Translations under genes and position numbers: made by a program | In this document: positions 24,568 to 38,125 of the stretch, piece by piece | How the letters are laid out: each line of letters starts with the position of its first letter | How positions within the stretch are numbered: position 1 is the stretch's first letter | Notes under the pieces: generated by a model | What the model saw: only the letters and a program-made list of their open reading frames with translations | Told to the model about the DNA's origin: nothing | Database searches by the model: none | Source of the DNA: Vicugna vicugna | Taxonomy: Eukaryota | Reading direction: 5' to 3' | DNA length: 64,000 nucleotides | Assembly: GCA_013265495.1 (NCBI GenBank) | Contig: MU058718.1 | Location: 310,001-374,000, forward strand

Positions 24568-24986
24568 TAGAGCTTTATTTGTGACACTCAGCAGTTAGTT
24601 CTCATCCACATTAACTGTAGATTTTTGAAAATGGTGACAGGTACATAGGTAACCAATGTGTAGAGCTTGTTTGGCGAATATTCATCATCATTCTGTTTTC
24701 TGAACAATCGCACACGAATACGATATGGGACATTCCTTATTCCTTTGGCCCAGACAGCTTTGTTGAGCCTGGTGTCAATGCACACATCTGGAATTCCCAT
24801 CTCCTTCATGGCAAATTTCCGGATTTCTTTGAGTGTCTGAGGCACACGCTTCTTGAAACCCACTCCATGGGTTTGTGAATGTTGATAGTGTACTCTCTGG
24901 TCACCACCTCATTGATGGCGGACTGGCCCTTCTTCTCACCACCCTTCTTTGCGGGAGCCATCCTGCCGGGCCAGAGTTGGAAAAAG
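24568..24986 (-). pseudogene. RPL31: Processed pseudogene of 60S ribosomal protein L31
   Basis: Intronless. 5'TOP CTTTTTCC from 24986; ATG 24961 ([30 protein letters not shown]); frameshift near 24870; [22 protein letters not shown]...[14 protein letters not shown]; second frameshift near 24615; ancestral stop 24595-24597; AATAAA 24574-24579. Confidence 0.97.
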
Positions 24987-27358
24987 CAACCATTATTTAT
25001 TTTGAGGTTCATTCTGCCCCAGTTTGGGCCAGTGGGAGCCCCTTCAAGCTGGCTTCTGAGTCCTTTCAATGATTCTTTGAACATTTCTTTACTTTTTGGC
25101 ACAAGATGTTCCAGGCTCGTGCACTACTTTCCTGCTCCCAACCTTGGAACAAATCGTTTCTCCTTTAGTTGGGGAGTGGTATTTAGAAACCAAGGTCTGG
25201 GTGCTAAATATGCTCATTCCTACTGGTGTGTCATGGCGTATAGGGCCTCTTAGCAGACAGAATTCGTTAATATTACATACATACATACATAGATAAATAA
25301 AGAGGCATAGATATATATTAGAAATATACTGGAGACATAGCTATAGAAAGCTATATTAGAAATAGATGCATAGTTGTACTGATTATTCCAACTCCAGTGC
25401 AACAAACATCTTTTCTATGTTTGTAATTTCCTTCCCCCAAAATTAGAAATCTGGATCCCATTTACCTCAAGCTCAAGAATACACAGATGGTAGTTTCAGA
25501 ATTGGTAATTCATAGCACTGCTAAAACTAAACCTAATGAGGATTTTATTTATTTACAAGTTTTAAGGTAAAATTTGCATATGTTTAAATGCACAAATCCT
25601 AAGTATAGAATTCAAAGACTTTTGACAAATGGATACACTCATGTGACCCACACTTCTTTCAAAATATGGAACACTCATCTCTGTATTTTATCAGAAAGTC
25701 CTGTCATGTTTCTTCCTAATCAGTCTTCCCACCACCCGAGGCAACCACCATTTCAGTATTTTGCTTGTCGTAGACATCAGTTAGCTGCCCTAGTTTTGAA
25801 TCTTCATCTTCATCTTGGGTTGTACTCTGGGCTCTCCTCCTCCAAGGCTCATGCCACCTCAGTGCCTGATCTTAGATTTTGTTGTGTCTGCTCTTTCTTG
25901 GCCATCCCAGATTTGATTTCCAGTTCTGTCTCCAGTCTTTCCCAATCCCTGGTGCCAGTGAGTCTGCCCCTCCTACGGGCTAAGTGTTGACTTGGTTTCA
26001 GCACTAGTCTACATTCCTCGTTCCTCCTGGGCTTTTGATCCAGCCACAAAGGTTGTCTAGCCTGGAACGTGCTTCTAGGGTAACACAATTTACTAGTATA
26101 GTTTTATTAAAAGGCACAGCACCTTAGCATTTGGCAGTATCTCCCTGTCTGTTCCTGCTTGATGCCTGAATATTGAGCCACACCTATTCCTCTGTTCCCA
26201 AATCTTGCTTCCTTACTCCAGTTGGGTGATGGTCACGGCTCTCACTTCCCAGTGACAGCTGGAGCCAGCAGCTGATGAGGCTTTTCTCACGAGGGTGCCC
26301 TGTGAGCATGACTGTGATAGACAGAAGCCATGTATCTTGTGGGTGTTTAGTAAATGTGAAACCACTCAGCCCACCACCAAGACATGGCAAGTGGCCAGAG
26401 TTGGGGCACAGGCAGAGAAGGTGGGTGGGCCCCCGTGCACCCTGTAAATGCTTAATGAATAACTCCCTTTGAGTAGCACTCAGCCTAGCCAGAGCTGTAG
26501 GGTGGAGGGTAGAAACTAAGGTGAGGCTTCGGAACCAGAAAGTCACACTCATGTTCATATTTAGAAAACAGTGTGGTTATAATAGCTTATTTTCCAGGCT
26601 CCCTAATGAAAAGGGTTAGTGTGATTCAATCATGAGGGCTTCTGAAAAGACTCTTTGACGTGAAGGCCCTAACCTCCAGTCTTCACGTTGGCCCTTGATT
26701 ATATTAGCAGTTTAATAAGCATTTGCTTGTCTTGCCTTTTGTGTGCTTAGATTCCCTTCAACGAGGCTAGAACTCCTTGAGGGAGGTGACAGTGTTGTGT
26801 ATTTTTCTGTCTTCCTCCTGTCTTAGCACCAGCTCCCTGTCAGGTGACAAGAGTTGAATTGAGTCTTCTTAGTCACCTTAACGAGGTCTTCTTTCCAATG
26901 TACCCCAGTTCCTAGTACAGTGCCAGGCACAGAGTAGGCATACATATTGGCTGAATAAATCATGAGCTAATTCTATTAAATTATTGCTGAACCAAAGTGT
27001 CATTCCTTTTAGGAATCTGCATTTTAGAAAAGGACAACAGGGAAGGGGCAATGTTTAATAACCCAAGGGGAATTAATTGTCACAGTGGAAGTATAAGCAA
27101 CAGGGTGCCTGGGTGAGAAGGACATTTATGAGCAGGGAACTCTTTGGAGCCTCACCAAATATTGCCACATAACTGTTACCCTTACCCTGAAGCCCTCAGA
27201 ATATTAGGCCTTAAAGGGGTCATTATATTCTGCTGATGGATGAACCTCTTTTGCTGTCTACCTTTCCTGAGTTTTCTCTCTCCTATTCAATTTTCATTTG
27301 TTTCCTTTGGCCCAACAGCAAATTGGCTGCCACACCTTCTTCTAAAGAGCCCTGTAAA

Positions 27359-27505
27359 GGGAAGGTTCTAGCTCAGTGGTAGAGCGTGTGCTTAGCATGC
27401 ACGAGGTCCTGCGTTCAATCCCCAGTACCTCTGTTAAAAAAACAAACAAACAAACAATAAATAAACCTAATTACCTCCCCACAAAATAAAAAAAATAAAT
27501 TAAAT
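27359..27505 (+). mobile_element. tRNA-derived SINE (Vic-1-like)
   Basis: A and B boxes, A-rich tail, TSD AAAGAGCCCTGTA (27344-27356 / 27506-27518). Confidence 0.95.
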
Positions 27506-28012
27506 AAAGAGCCCTGTAGGCACCAGTCTCCTAGTGGCAAACCTTCTGCTTTCATCCCAGCTTGCAAGATTGTGGAGGTTGATACCAGCAGGCAGGCAAG
27601 CAGGGGCCCTGTCAGGCGGCATCCCCTCCTCAACAGGCCACATGCATTCCAGGATTTGGTTCCATCCAGCTCCTTAGCTCAGGTACCCAGCTGTGTAGGA
27701 TCTCCCTCTGCCATGCCTCCCACTACTGTCCTGACCCAGTTCAAGCCCTCGTGCCTCTTACTGAGATGATCTTAACCATCTACTTCCTACTGAGTCTACC
27801 TGCCGCTGGTTGTGGTCAGAGGTAAACCTGTTTGGCCCTAATCTGAAATTTATGAGTAGCCTCTGACTGGGGCCACCACCCAACCCATGAGTCCTTATAA
27901 TCGGGGACAAGGCCAGGGAAACACAGGCCATTCAGTACCCCGTGTCGAACTCCATCCAGATGAGCTGGACTGGGCCACAACTGAGGTGGGAGGCCTCATT
28001 TGGATCCAAAGC

Positions 28013-28130
28013 CAATGGTTCTCTCTCAGCCTTGGCTTCAGTTAGAGTCATCTGCAGAGATGTAAAACATTCTGATGTCCAGGCTCCACCCCTTGAGCTT
28101 CTGATTTAATTAGACTGGGGTAAGGCTTGA
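28013..28130. mobile_element. MER5-like hAT-Charlie fragment
   Basis: caatggttctctctcagccttggcttcagttagagtcatctg...ttctgatttaattagactggggtaaggc. Confidence 0.6.
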
Positions 28131-28253
28131 ACATGTTTACTCTTTCTTACAGAGTGAACTTTTATATAAGTGCCAAAGTACTTTTGTACAAAAAAGTGTT
28201 ACAAGGCCTTCATTAGTGTATTTTAAATTATTACAAATCTTCATTGAAGTTTT

Positions 28254-28353
28254 GTTGGGGTTTGTTTTTTTTTTTCTAAAAGAGGTACTGGGAATTGAAC
28301 CCAGGACTTCTGCATGCTAAGCACATGCTCTACCGCTGAGCTATACCCTCTCC
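28254..28353 (-). mobile_element. tRNA-derived SINE (Vic-1-like), short form
   Basis: Reverse-strand A and B boxes; perfect 15-bp TSD CTTCATTGAAGTTTT (28239-28253 / 28354-28368). Confidence 0.95.
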
Positions 28354-29248
28354 CTTCATTGAAGTTTTAATTGTGCAGTGTTCCACAGAGCACACATATT
28401 TAACCAATCACCTCCCATGTGTTGCATATTTAGTTTGTTTCCAATTTTTAGCTATTATAAAAGGAAACATAGCGAGAGCAATCTTCATAGAAGTATCCCT
28501 TGTTTGAGGCATTTGTCCTTCATTAGGAGAAATTTCCAGAAGGTTTATTACTGGATGAAATAGTGTGAAAATATTTTAGACTCTGGATAGTGTCTAATTG
28601 CTTTTCAAAAGGCTTTTAACCAATTTATACTCATTCCAGAATGGATGAAAATTCCCATTTTACCCAGCATTGGCCATTTGCTAACATAACAAAACATTAT
28701 TCAACATATCAATTTATATGTCTTTATTTGAGGCTGTTGTTTTTAAAAGCCTGCCTAGGCAGTTCTAAAGTGGAGTCTGGATGGAAAACAGCAGTAGGCT
28801 TGACTAACATTTGGCCAGGTGCTAGGGTCCCTTTTCCTCCACCCCTGGAGATCTTGTGATCTGATGGCAAAGGCCCAGAAAAAGAGCCCCAAGGAAGTGG
28901 GCACTGAGGAAAAGAGGAGGTTTCCTCCTCAGGCCTCGAGCCAGCCAGGGCCCAGCCATCCTCCCTGGGCCTTCCTAGGGAGGGGCTCTTCTCCTCCAGC
29001 TGCCTTGGATTGGAAGTGACCCAAAGGGAACCAAGAGCATATAACCCCAAAGAGGGAAAACAGCAAAAAAAAAATTCCATCACGCATAATCAGGAGCTTG
29101 GGGCCTCTCCCGAAATTCTGGATGAGTCTACTTCCCAGCCTTTGCTCCTGAACTCACAGAAGCCCATCAAATGTGCCTCCTCCATATCTCATCCCCATAG
29201 CCTTGGTTTTTTAAATTGCTTTTGAAATTATTAAAGAACTGTTGGGCA

Positions 29249-29375
29249 GGGGAGAGTATAGCTCAGTGGTAGAGTGCATGCCTAGCATGCATAAGGTCAT
29301 GGGGTTCAATCCCCAGTAACTCCATTAAAAAAATAATAAACCTACTTACCTCCCACCCCCAAAAAATTTTTAAAA
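29249..29375 (+). mobile_element. tRNA-derived SINE (Vic-1-like)
   Basis: ggggagagtatagctcagtggtagagtgcatgcc...; TSD aaagaactgttgg / aaagaactcttgg. Confidence 0.93.
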
Positions 29376-30293
29376 AAAGAACTCTTGGTACAGCATAAAC
29401 AAACAATATAGAAACAAATATGGCAAAATTAGAAAGTTCCTCCTCACCTCCCTACTTCCAATCCCTTCCCCAGAGTTAACCTGATAAGTGTGTATCCTTT
29501 CAGATCATTTACCAATGCTAGTGTGTGAGACTGAGCGTTGATGCATATAGGATTTTTTAAATACATAAATGGCATCATGTAATGAATAGTTATCTCCAAC
29601 TTGCCTTTATCATTTAACTTTAAAGCATAGACCCCTTCTGTGTTAGTTAATATAGAGCTGCCTCATTCTTTCTCACAGCTGGATGATGACCCGTGGTACA
29701 TAATGAGCATATAATTTAAAACATTTTGTTATTGGATGCTTCGCTTCCTTCTCATTTTTCTCTGTAATGACAGTGCTACAGTGATCTCCTTTGTGTGTAT
29801 GTTGTTGTGCCATCTGCCTGGCTTTGATGACTGCCATTGCCAGAAAACTCCTGGTGTTGGGCTCCAACCATGCATACCCTCGGGCTTCTCTGCTACCTCC
29901 AGGACTCATTTAGACCCTGGAAGAACACCACCAGGCTCAGTCCTGACTTCGGCTCTCATCCTATTGTTCTGCTATGGTGGTCACAGGATACTTTATGGCC
30001 CAGCTTCTAGAGTTCTGACAACCCCACCATATCATGGAAAGGTGCAAAAAAGTACAGCAAGTGTCCCTCTGCCATTGGGAGGAGAAAACGAGGGCCGGCT
30101 CCTCCAAATGCAATCCAGCCGGGCGAAGTATGAAAGTGGCTCTCTATCAAAGTAGTTTCCAAGATTCTCATTCTTTTTGTCCCTGGGCTGGAGTGTGGAA
30201 CTGAAACAGCAGTGAATCACTGACATAGGAGATACAGGGAGCTGAAGTGGTGGTAGAAGCTCTCCAAAGCAGCAGAGGGAGCCATGGAGTATG

Positions 30294-30295
<2 letters not shown>

Positions 30296-30329
<34 letters not shown>
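30296..30329. repeat. (GT)n microsatellite
   Basis: Perfect run of about 17 GT units. Confidence 0.97.
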
Positions 30330-30331
<2 letters not shown>

Positions 30332-31032
30332 TTAGCCGTGGACCAAGTGTCCTTGGCCCATGGACAGAGATAGCCAATCCTTGATCTAATATGTTGTTGT
30401 ACTTTTATCCTTTAAGATTTTTAAGCCCTCTGGTCCTGCAAGAAGCAATAGGGCTAATGAGAAGCAGGTTGTACTCTGGGAAACAGGAAGTCTGGTTCCA
30501 TTTATGACTTCACCAGGCCCTGCCATGGAATTTTGAGCAGCCTCAGTTTGCTGGCCGGTGCTTCAGGTCTCTTTTGTCTAGCGGTGCCATCTGCACCTTT
30601 GAGATGCAGGGATTAGATTTCCTGTTTTTCCCACAAGATAGTGCTAGTGTCATTGGCTGTTCAAAATGGGACAAGCAGGAGAGCTTTGCCATTTGGAGAT
30701 ATGTGCTGTGTTTGGCTTATCCTGTTTGCATGTTCCCTTCTTTTATACTTTTTTGGGCACACAGAAAGAATATATGTTTGTAGTATTGGAGGCAAAGGAT
30801 GAACTTCCTGTGTGGCAGCCCCCCTGAAACGTGTTCTTGCATGCACAAATGCAAAGGCAGATGTTGACCTGCTCTCTCAACCCTTTGGGAACTCTTTGGG
30901 GAATGGTGGTGTGGTCACTGTCAGAGCAGAGCAACAAACAAATCGGCTTTAATCAGGGTTGAGCTACATTTGGGCAATACTAAAGTTGCTCATAGAAAAG
31001 TAATTTATTTAGACAAGTCAGGATGTTTAAGC

Positions 31033-31545
31033 TTTTTATTGAAGTGTTACATACATGCAGAAAAGTGCATGCATTATAAATATACAGCTTGGTGAATTTG
31101 CACAAAGTGAACACACCTATGTCACCCAGGTAACCACTGCTTAGGTCAAGAAGTAGAACATTAGTGGTATCCCAGTAGACCCCTGTATCCCCCCTCCCAG
31201 TTACTAACCCTTTGGAGTATAACCACTAGCATTTCAACACTTTATATTAATTTTGCCTATTTTTGAACTTTATATATATTTATGAAATTTGTTCATTTTG
31301 CATAGATCTTGTTCATTTATTCTCATTACTACATGATATTCATGATAGAAATATACCCCAGTCTACTTATCCACTCTATGTTGATTTGGGGTTGGTTTCC
31401 GTCTGGGGCTATTTCATATGACGCTGCTATTAACAGTTCGGCACATACCTTTTGGTGCCTGGGTGCCTGCATTTCTGCTGTATACATTCCTGTAAGTGGA
31501 GTTGCTGGGTCAGAAGGTTTGCATACATTCAGTTCTTCATAGACC
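31033..31545 (-). mobile_element. Old LINE-1 3' end fragment (L1ME-like)
   Basis: tttttattgaagtgttacatacatgcagaaaagtgca...aaagtgaacacacc...gtggagttgctgggtcagaagg. Confidence 0.8.
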
Positions 31546-32569
31546 TTGGAAATAGCAGTGATGAGAGTTAGGAATGTATTTTTGATAAGGGACAGCGCAG
31601 AGGTCAAAGATCAGAGCACAGGCCTCTGGTCCCCTCCCAGGCTTGGATTACAGGGGAGCCAGAGCAAACCGCTCACTCTCTGTTTCCTCAACTGTAAATT
31701 GGAAATAATCAATACATGTCCTGTTCCTTGCTGTGCGGGGAAAAGCCCTCTGCAAAGTCTCAAGTCACACAAATGGAAGCTGTCATGAACACGGAAGCAG
31801 GGGAGGGAGACTTTTAATTATTAATGAGAATGGAAGAATAACTATACTTATGTGAGTTTCCATTTCCAAATAAGAGTCCAGAGATTAGATTAACTGCTCT
31901 GCTAGACAGAGCTGTATTGCCAAAGGGACCTGTAGTATTATTCTCTCAAACTCGGACACAAAGAGTAACCTCCCAAGCCTGTCCTCCTCTGTATCTCACC
32001 AGAAGTTTCCTCACCTGCTGGAACCCCAGGAGTCCTCCCATTTCTTCCTTTCAGTCACCAGATGCCCTGGCTTCCTCCTTCCTCCTGCATCAGTCTGAGT
32101 TGGCCTGATCTGGAAAAGCCGTTTGATTTGGCTCTGTCTGGCGGGACCAGTTGTAAAGCACCAGGAAAGCCAAAGGACATGAACATTCCTTGTCTTCTTG
32201 CATTGTTGAACATAAAGTTTGAGTATTGTCAGGGAGGTGCTTTCGTCTCACAGTAGAACTAAAAGTTCACAGACATTTATTCTATCAAAGGTTGTGCTAT
32301 GCTCAGTCAGGCACTTTAAAAAGTAATAATTAATTGAAACTATTAAAACCTCTTGCATATTATTGGTTTCCATGCAGATAGTCACACAAGTAGATGGCAG
32401 TGCCCTCTTCTGGCCAAGGCCACACTTGCATGGCTGTGGCTAAGATACAGGGATTGCGGCTGGGGACTGACTGTACGCGTGAGAGCTGGCTCATCCTGGG
32501 GTTAGTCTTGGGTAAATCACATTTGGGGATCCACCCTCCCTTTCCTCTTCAAAAAAGAAAGATCAAAAC

Positions 32570-33153
32570 TGTGATGGTTAATTTTATGTGTGATTAACAT
32601 TTAAATTGGTTCTTTTTTACCTTCCAAATGTGGGTGGGCCTTATCCGTAAAAGCAAACACTGAGGTTTCCCAAGAAAATTCTGCTTCAAGGGTGCAAAGT
32701 AGAAACTCTGTGTTTCCAGCCTGCAGATTTTGGACTCAGGACTACAACATCAACTCTTCCCTGAATTTCTAGCCACCAGTCTGCTCTACAAATTCCAAAC
32801 TGCTCAGCCCCCACAATAGCGTGAGCCAGTTCCTTAAAGTAAAACTGTGTGCGTGTGTGCACGTGCGCACTGTTGACCCTTGAACAATGCAGGGTTTAAT
32901 GCAGTATATATTTGGCCCTGGTAGCCATGGTTCCTTCACATCCATGGATTCAACCAACCACAGACCACATAGTATGTAGTACTGTAATATTTACTGTTGG
33001 AAAATATCCACTTCTAAGTGGTGGATCCATGCAGTTCAAACCTGTGTTGTTCAAGGGTTTCAACTGTATGTATGTGTGTGTTATAAATATGTATGTGAAT
33101 ATATGTATTATCTCCTAATTGTTTTGTTTCCCTGGAGAACCCTGACTAATACA
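32570..33153 (+). mobile_element. MLT2-type (ERVL) solo LTR containing a nested DNA transposon
   Basis: Starts tgtgatggttaattttatgtgt, ends ctggagaaccctgactaataca; internal cagcccccacaatagcgtgagccagttccttaaagtaaa. Confidence 0.88.
32870..33066. mobile_element. TcMar-Tigger (Tigger2-family) internally deleted element
   Basis: Terminal inverted repeats ctgttgacccttgaacaa ... ttgttcaagggtttcaactg, followed by TA. Confidence 0.85.
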
Positions 33154-33965
33154 AAACCTAAGTCCAAATTCCATTTTATATCAGTGACATCTTATTTGAA
33201 TATATTGAACATAAAGGGACATGACGTATATAGCAAGTGATGTTCTGAGTCCAGGTTTAAGTCCCAGTTCCATCTCACTGGCTTCATAAACTAGCTACTT
33301 AATTATATTTAGCCTTGGTTTCTTCATTTGTATAAAGGAGAAAACAGTAATGTTTACTGAATAGGCAGTTGCGAGGTTTAAATAAGAGAAAACGTGCATA
33401 GAAAAGTGTCTGGCTCAGAGTAAGTTCTCAATAAATGTTAGTTATTATTATTACTATTAGGGGTATTGAGGGGAGTTGTCAAAGAAGGAGATTTACAGAG
33501 TAAGGGGTATCTGGCAAGGGAGCTAGTCTGTTCATCTCCCCCTTTGTCTCCCCAAACTCTCATATACAGGCAGTCTCTGCTTTTTACCATGTGTTCCTGG
33601 GGGATATTATAAAGCAGTTTCTTGTAGAGTGTCCTGTTTCTTTCCGTAAGAACCCAATCAAGATTAAAAATTGGATTCCAAATTAAGGACCAACACAATA
33701 GATAAAACCATTATTGTGTTACAGAAGCGAAGTTCAACAAATCTTTAATTATGTAAAATGGCAAAATTATTCTTTACAGTCTTAATATGAGGCTTCCATA
33801 AAATTTAATCTTCACTCCACAATACAGCTTATCATCAATTAAGTTAGCAGTTTTGCCTTCTGACAATTTAGGACTTTCACGAGATGGTTTAGTTGGTCAA
33901 AACCTGTTTTTAAAGCAGGCCAAATGGTTAAAACTAGGTGGAGGGATTTTGATTATATATATATT

Positions 33966-34524
33966 TGTGTTTCCTTCAGTGATTCATCAGAAGGGCCCAT
34001 GAGACCCAATAGCAGGTTATAAACTCACTGAGATTTATGATAGCAAAAGATACAGAGCAAAAGCAGCAGGAAAAAAGGGGGCCCGGAGAGGTTCAACACA
34101 AGCTTCTAATGTCCTTCCTTGTCCGAGGCCACACAAGAATACTCTCTCTCACGGTTAACTATGGGGAAGTAGGTGAAGTGTCTTTGCCCACAGAAGCTGT
34201 TTGAGTCTCAGAGTCCAAGGTTTTTATGGGGAGCTGGTCAAATACGTATATCCCGCTATGCAACCAGCCCTGGCAACCAAAACGCAGGACCCTAACAATA
34301 AAACCAGGTGCAGGTCACCGATTTTGATGTTTGTGCAAAGCAACCTGACAAACAGGTACAGGATGGTTCATTGCTCCAGGTGTACATAACAAACCCATCA
34401 ATCACTAACAGAAAGAACACTCTAAGGCCACATTCCCAGTGGTTGGCTAAGGGTTAATCATGGGTCCCTTGAAGACAGGTAGGGAGAAAGCAGCCAGACC
34501 TGCTGTGTTAAGTCTTTCCTCACA
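33966..34524. mobile_element. MER21-like LTR
   Basis: gatttatgatagcaaaagatacagagcaaaa...gagtctcagagtccaaggtttttatggggagctggtca...ccagacctgctgtgttaagtctttcctcaca. Confidence 0.65.
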
Positions 34525-35351
34525 GTCTGTATTTCTTAAAATGTCTATAATTGACCTCTATTACTTTTGTAATCAGAAAGGTAACCATTTATATAAAGGC
34601 ATCCAAAATTAGTGATTTCCCTTTTTAGTTGTTTAATTATGCTGCTTTGTAATCTCAGTACATTTCCCTGTAGTTAGCAGAGCTGATAGAAATAAAGTCA
34701 CCTTGCTAGACACTACACGGATGGCAGCAGACAAGGCAATGTCTGCTCAGTTTCTTCTGATTGTCTTGTCCCCTCCCTGAGGGACTGCCTTGAAGCAGAA
34801 CTTCTTTGGGTCCATATACATGTTCCAATCTCCTTTAGTTTACGAAGAGGCTTCACATCCTTCGCCAGCCCCTCCCTTCTCCAGTGACCCCACAGAAGCA
34901 CCAGGACTCTGTATCTAGAGCATTGCCCGTACTATTGGGTGAATGGTCTGGCTTGGAACCTGGCAAGAGATAAGTTTCAGCTTCACCAAAATTGCCCCTT
35001 CTTTCCCCTTCAGTTACTCTTTGGAATTTGGGAGGTGGTGTCTGTCTTTTCATTGGACTGCAAATGCCTTGAATCGTGTTATCCAGTGGTTATGATTGTG
35101 GGAAATGAAGTCATCTGGTCCAGGGTTTGAATTCTGGCTTAGCATCTCACTGGCTTGTGTAATTTGAGTGAGTTAACTTACTGGAAATAATAGTATCTCT
35201 CGCATACAGTTACTGGGAAGATGAAAGGAAATAGTAGCTCCTAACTAGCATAGTGTTCAACATTTTGAAATGTTCAATAAAAATTGGCTATTGTTTTTTA
35301 AACAGGTACTCCATTTGTTTTGGAAAACTCTATTCTCTGATCTCTTAACAG

Positions 35352-38125
35352 TTTTATTGAGGGAATTAAGACTCAATACAGACTGTACATATTTAATGTA
35401 TACAATGTCCTAAGTTTTAACATGTACACACCTGTGAAACCATCCCCATAATCAAATTAATGAACATATCCATAACCCCACAAAGTTACCCTATATCTTT
35501 TTGTAATCCTTTTCCTGTCCTCAGGCAATCACTGTCTACTCTCTGTCTCTACAGATTAGTTTGCATTTCCTAGAATTGGATATAAATGGAATCATACAGT
35601 TTGAACTTTTCTTTGTTGGCTTCTTTCACTCAGCATTATTTTGAGATTCATCCATGTTGTTGAGTGTATCAGATGCTCAGTAATGTTCCATTGTTGAGTG
35701 TATCAAATGCTAAGTAGATGTACCACAATTTGTTTATCCATTCACCTACTGATGGACATTTGGGTTGTTTCCAGTTTTGAAATATTAGAAATAAAACTTC
35801 TATGAACATTTGTATACAAGTCTTTGTGTGGGCATGTACTTACATTTCTCCTGGGAGTAGAGTGGGTAGGTCGTAAGGTATATAGTTGTTAAAATTTTTA
35901 AGAAACTGCCAAATTATTTTCCAAGTGGCTGTACCATTTTGCATTTCCCATCAGTGATGTGTGAGAGTTCCAGTTGCTCCACATCCTTGACAACAGTTGA
36001 TATGGTCAGTCTTTTTAATTTTAGGTATTCTAATAGGTGTGTAATGGTATCTCTTTGTGATTTTTAATTTTAATTTACCTGATGACTAATGATGTTGAAC
36101 ATTTTAAAATGTGCTCTTTTTTTGCCATCCATATTTCTTTTTGGTGAATTATCTGTTCAGATTGTTTGCCAGTTTAAAACTTGGGGGTTTTGTTTTCTTA
36201 TTTTTGAGTTTTGGATCAAAGTAGTTGTTTTTTTTTTCCCTTTGGATAGCCAATATTTAAGCACTGTTAAAAATATAATTCTTTCTCTACTAAATCACTT
36301 TTACATGCTTGTTGAAAAAACAACTTACCATATACGTATGTAGGTCTATTTCCACACTCTTTTTCCCCCCCAACAATCTATCTTCATGCCAATACATACT
36401 GTCTTGATAACTGAATCTTTTCTAAAGTTGTTTAGCATTCTAGATCTTTTTCATTTTCAGTTAAATTTTAGAATTAGCTTGTCTTGTTTTACACCAAAAA
36501 CCTGTTAGGGTTTTGATTAGGATAGTACTGAATCTACATGTAAATTCAGATCTCAGAGAACTGAGATCTTAACAGTACGGAGTCTTCGGTACATAAATAG
36601 AATATCTTTTCATTTATTGAAGTCTTCTTTAATTTCTTTCAGCTATGTTTTATGGTTTTCAGTGTATAGGACTTACACATCTGTTAATTTTATTGCTATG
36701 CATTTGGCATTTTTGGCGCTAGGATCAATACTATGGTTTTTAATTTCAATTTCCAATTGTTTGCCAATATATTGAAATACAGTTGAATTTTGTATATTGA
36801 ACTTATATCCAGCAACCATGCTAAACTCACATATTACTTTTGGAAGCTGTTTTTGTAGATTCCATAGGATTTTCTGCATTGACAATGATGTTCTCTAAGA
36901 ATAGACAGTTTTACTACTTTCTTTTCAATCTGATTGTCTTTTATTTCTTTTTCTTACCTTTTACTGCTTTGAACCAGATAGTGTGGAATAGAAGTAATGA
37001 AAGCAGACATCCTTGCCTTGTTCCTAATTTTAGAGGGAAAGCACTCGGTCTCTTACCGTTTAGTGTGACGTTAGCTGTAGATGCCCTGTAACAGGTTAAG
37101 TTCCCTTCTATTCCTGGTTTGCTGAGTGGTTTTATTTTTTAATCAAGAATTGGTGTTGAATTTTGCCAAGTGTTTTTCTGCAATCTGTTGATATGATTAT
37201 TTTTTTTCTTATTTAGTCTTTAATATGGTGAATTGCATAGATTGATTTAATAATACCTTTATTAAGATATAATTCATAGAGCATAAAGTTCACTCTTTTA
37301 CAGTGTACAATTCCATGGATTTCACAATATAATGGAGTTGTGTATCCATTACCACAATCAAAATTCTGTAACATTTTCATTACCCCAGAGAGAAACTCAG
37401 TACCTATTAGGAGTCATGCCCCACTAGGCCCCACTCTCCTCAGGCCCCGGCAACCACCAATCTACCTCCATAGATTTGCTACTGATTTGGACATTTCATA
37501 TGAATGGAATCATATTCATTGTGGTCCTTTGTGACTGGCTCCTTTGACTTAGCATGTTTTTAAGGTTCATCTTTATTATAGCATATTTCATTCCTCTTTA
37601 TGGCTGAATAATATTCTATAGAATGGATATAACACATTTTGTTAATCCATTCATCAGCTGATGGACATTTGGGTTGTTTTTACTTTTTGGCTATTATAAA
37701 TAATGCTGCTATGAACATTTGTGTACAAGTGTTTGTGTGGACATATGTTTTCATATCTCTTGAGCATATACCTAGCATTGGAATTACTGGATCATATGGA
37801 AACTCTATGTTTAACCTTTTAAGAAATTGCCAGTTTGTTTTCCCAAGTGGCGGTCCCATTATGGGAAGATTTCAATTTCTTTTAGATAGTGCTATTTAGA
37901 TTATTTATTTCTTCTCGAATGAGCATTGATAGTTTATGTCTTCCAAGGAATTTGTCCCTTTCATTTAAGTTGTTGAATTTATTGGCATTAAATTGTGAAT
38001 ATTTCCTTATTCTTTTAGTATCTGCAGAATATGTAGTAATGTCGTCTCTCTCATTCCTGATATTGGCAATTATGTTTTCTTTCTTTTTTCCTGATCAATC
38101 TGGCCTAGGTTTATTAATGTTATTA
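35352..38125 (-). mobile_element. Antisense LINE-1 (3'UTR plus degenerate ORF2) with a second L1 3' end nested at about 37258-37860
   Basis: Minus-strand remnant peptide (36673-36885) FSMVAGYKFNIQNSTVF matches the L1 ORF2 RT-region motif FSKVAGYKINIQKS. L1 3'-end motifs occur twice (near 35355 and 37258). Confidence 0.92.

Larger units (their letters stand above)
23565..25560 (-). mobile_element. Old LINE-1 3' region (L1MC/MD-like), interrupted by the RPL31 retrocopy
   Basis: ataatttcaattttacagaaaaatt..., agtacaggccagttattttgtagaatgtc, tttgggccagtgggagccccttcaagctggcttctg. The L1 sequence continues across the retrocopy. Confidence 0.8.

Noticed and set aside
30580..30598. CTCF-like motif (GGTGCAGATGGCAC on the minus strand)
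   Set aside because: Only the 3' half matches the consensus; too weak without PWM scoring or ChIP data.
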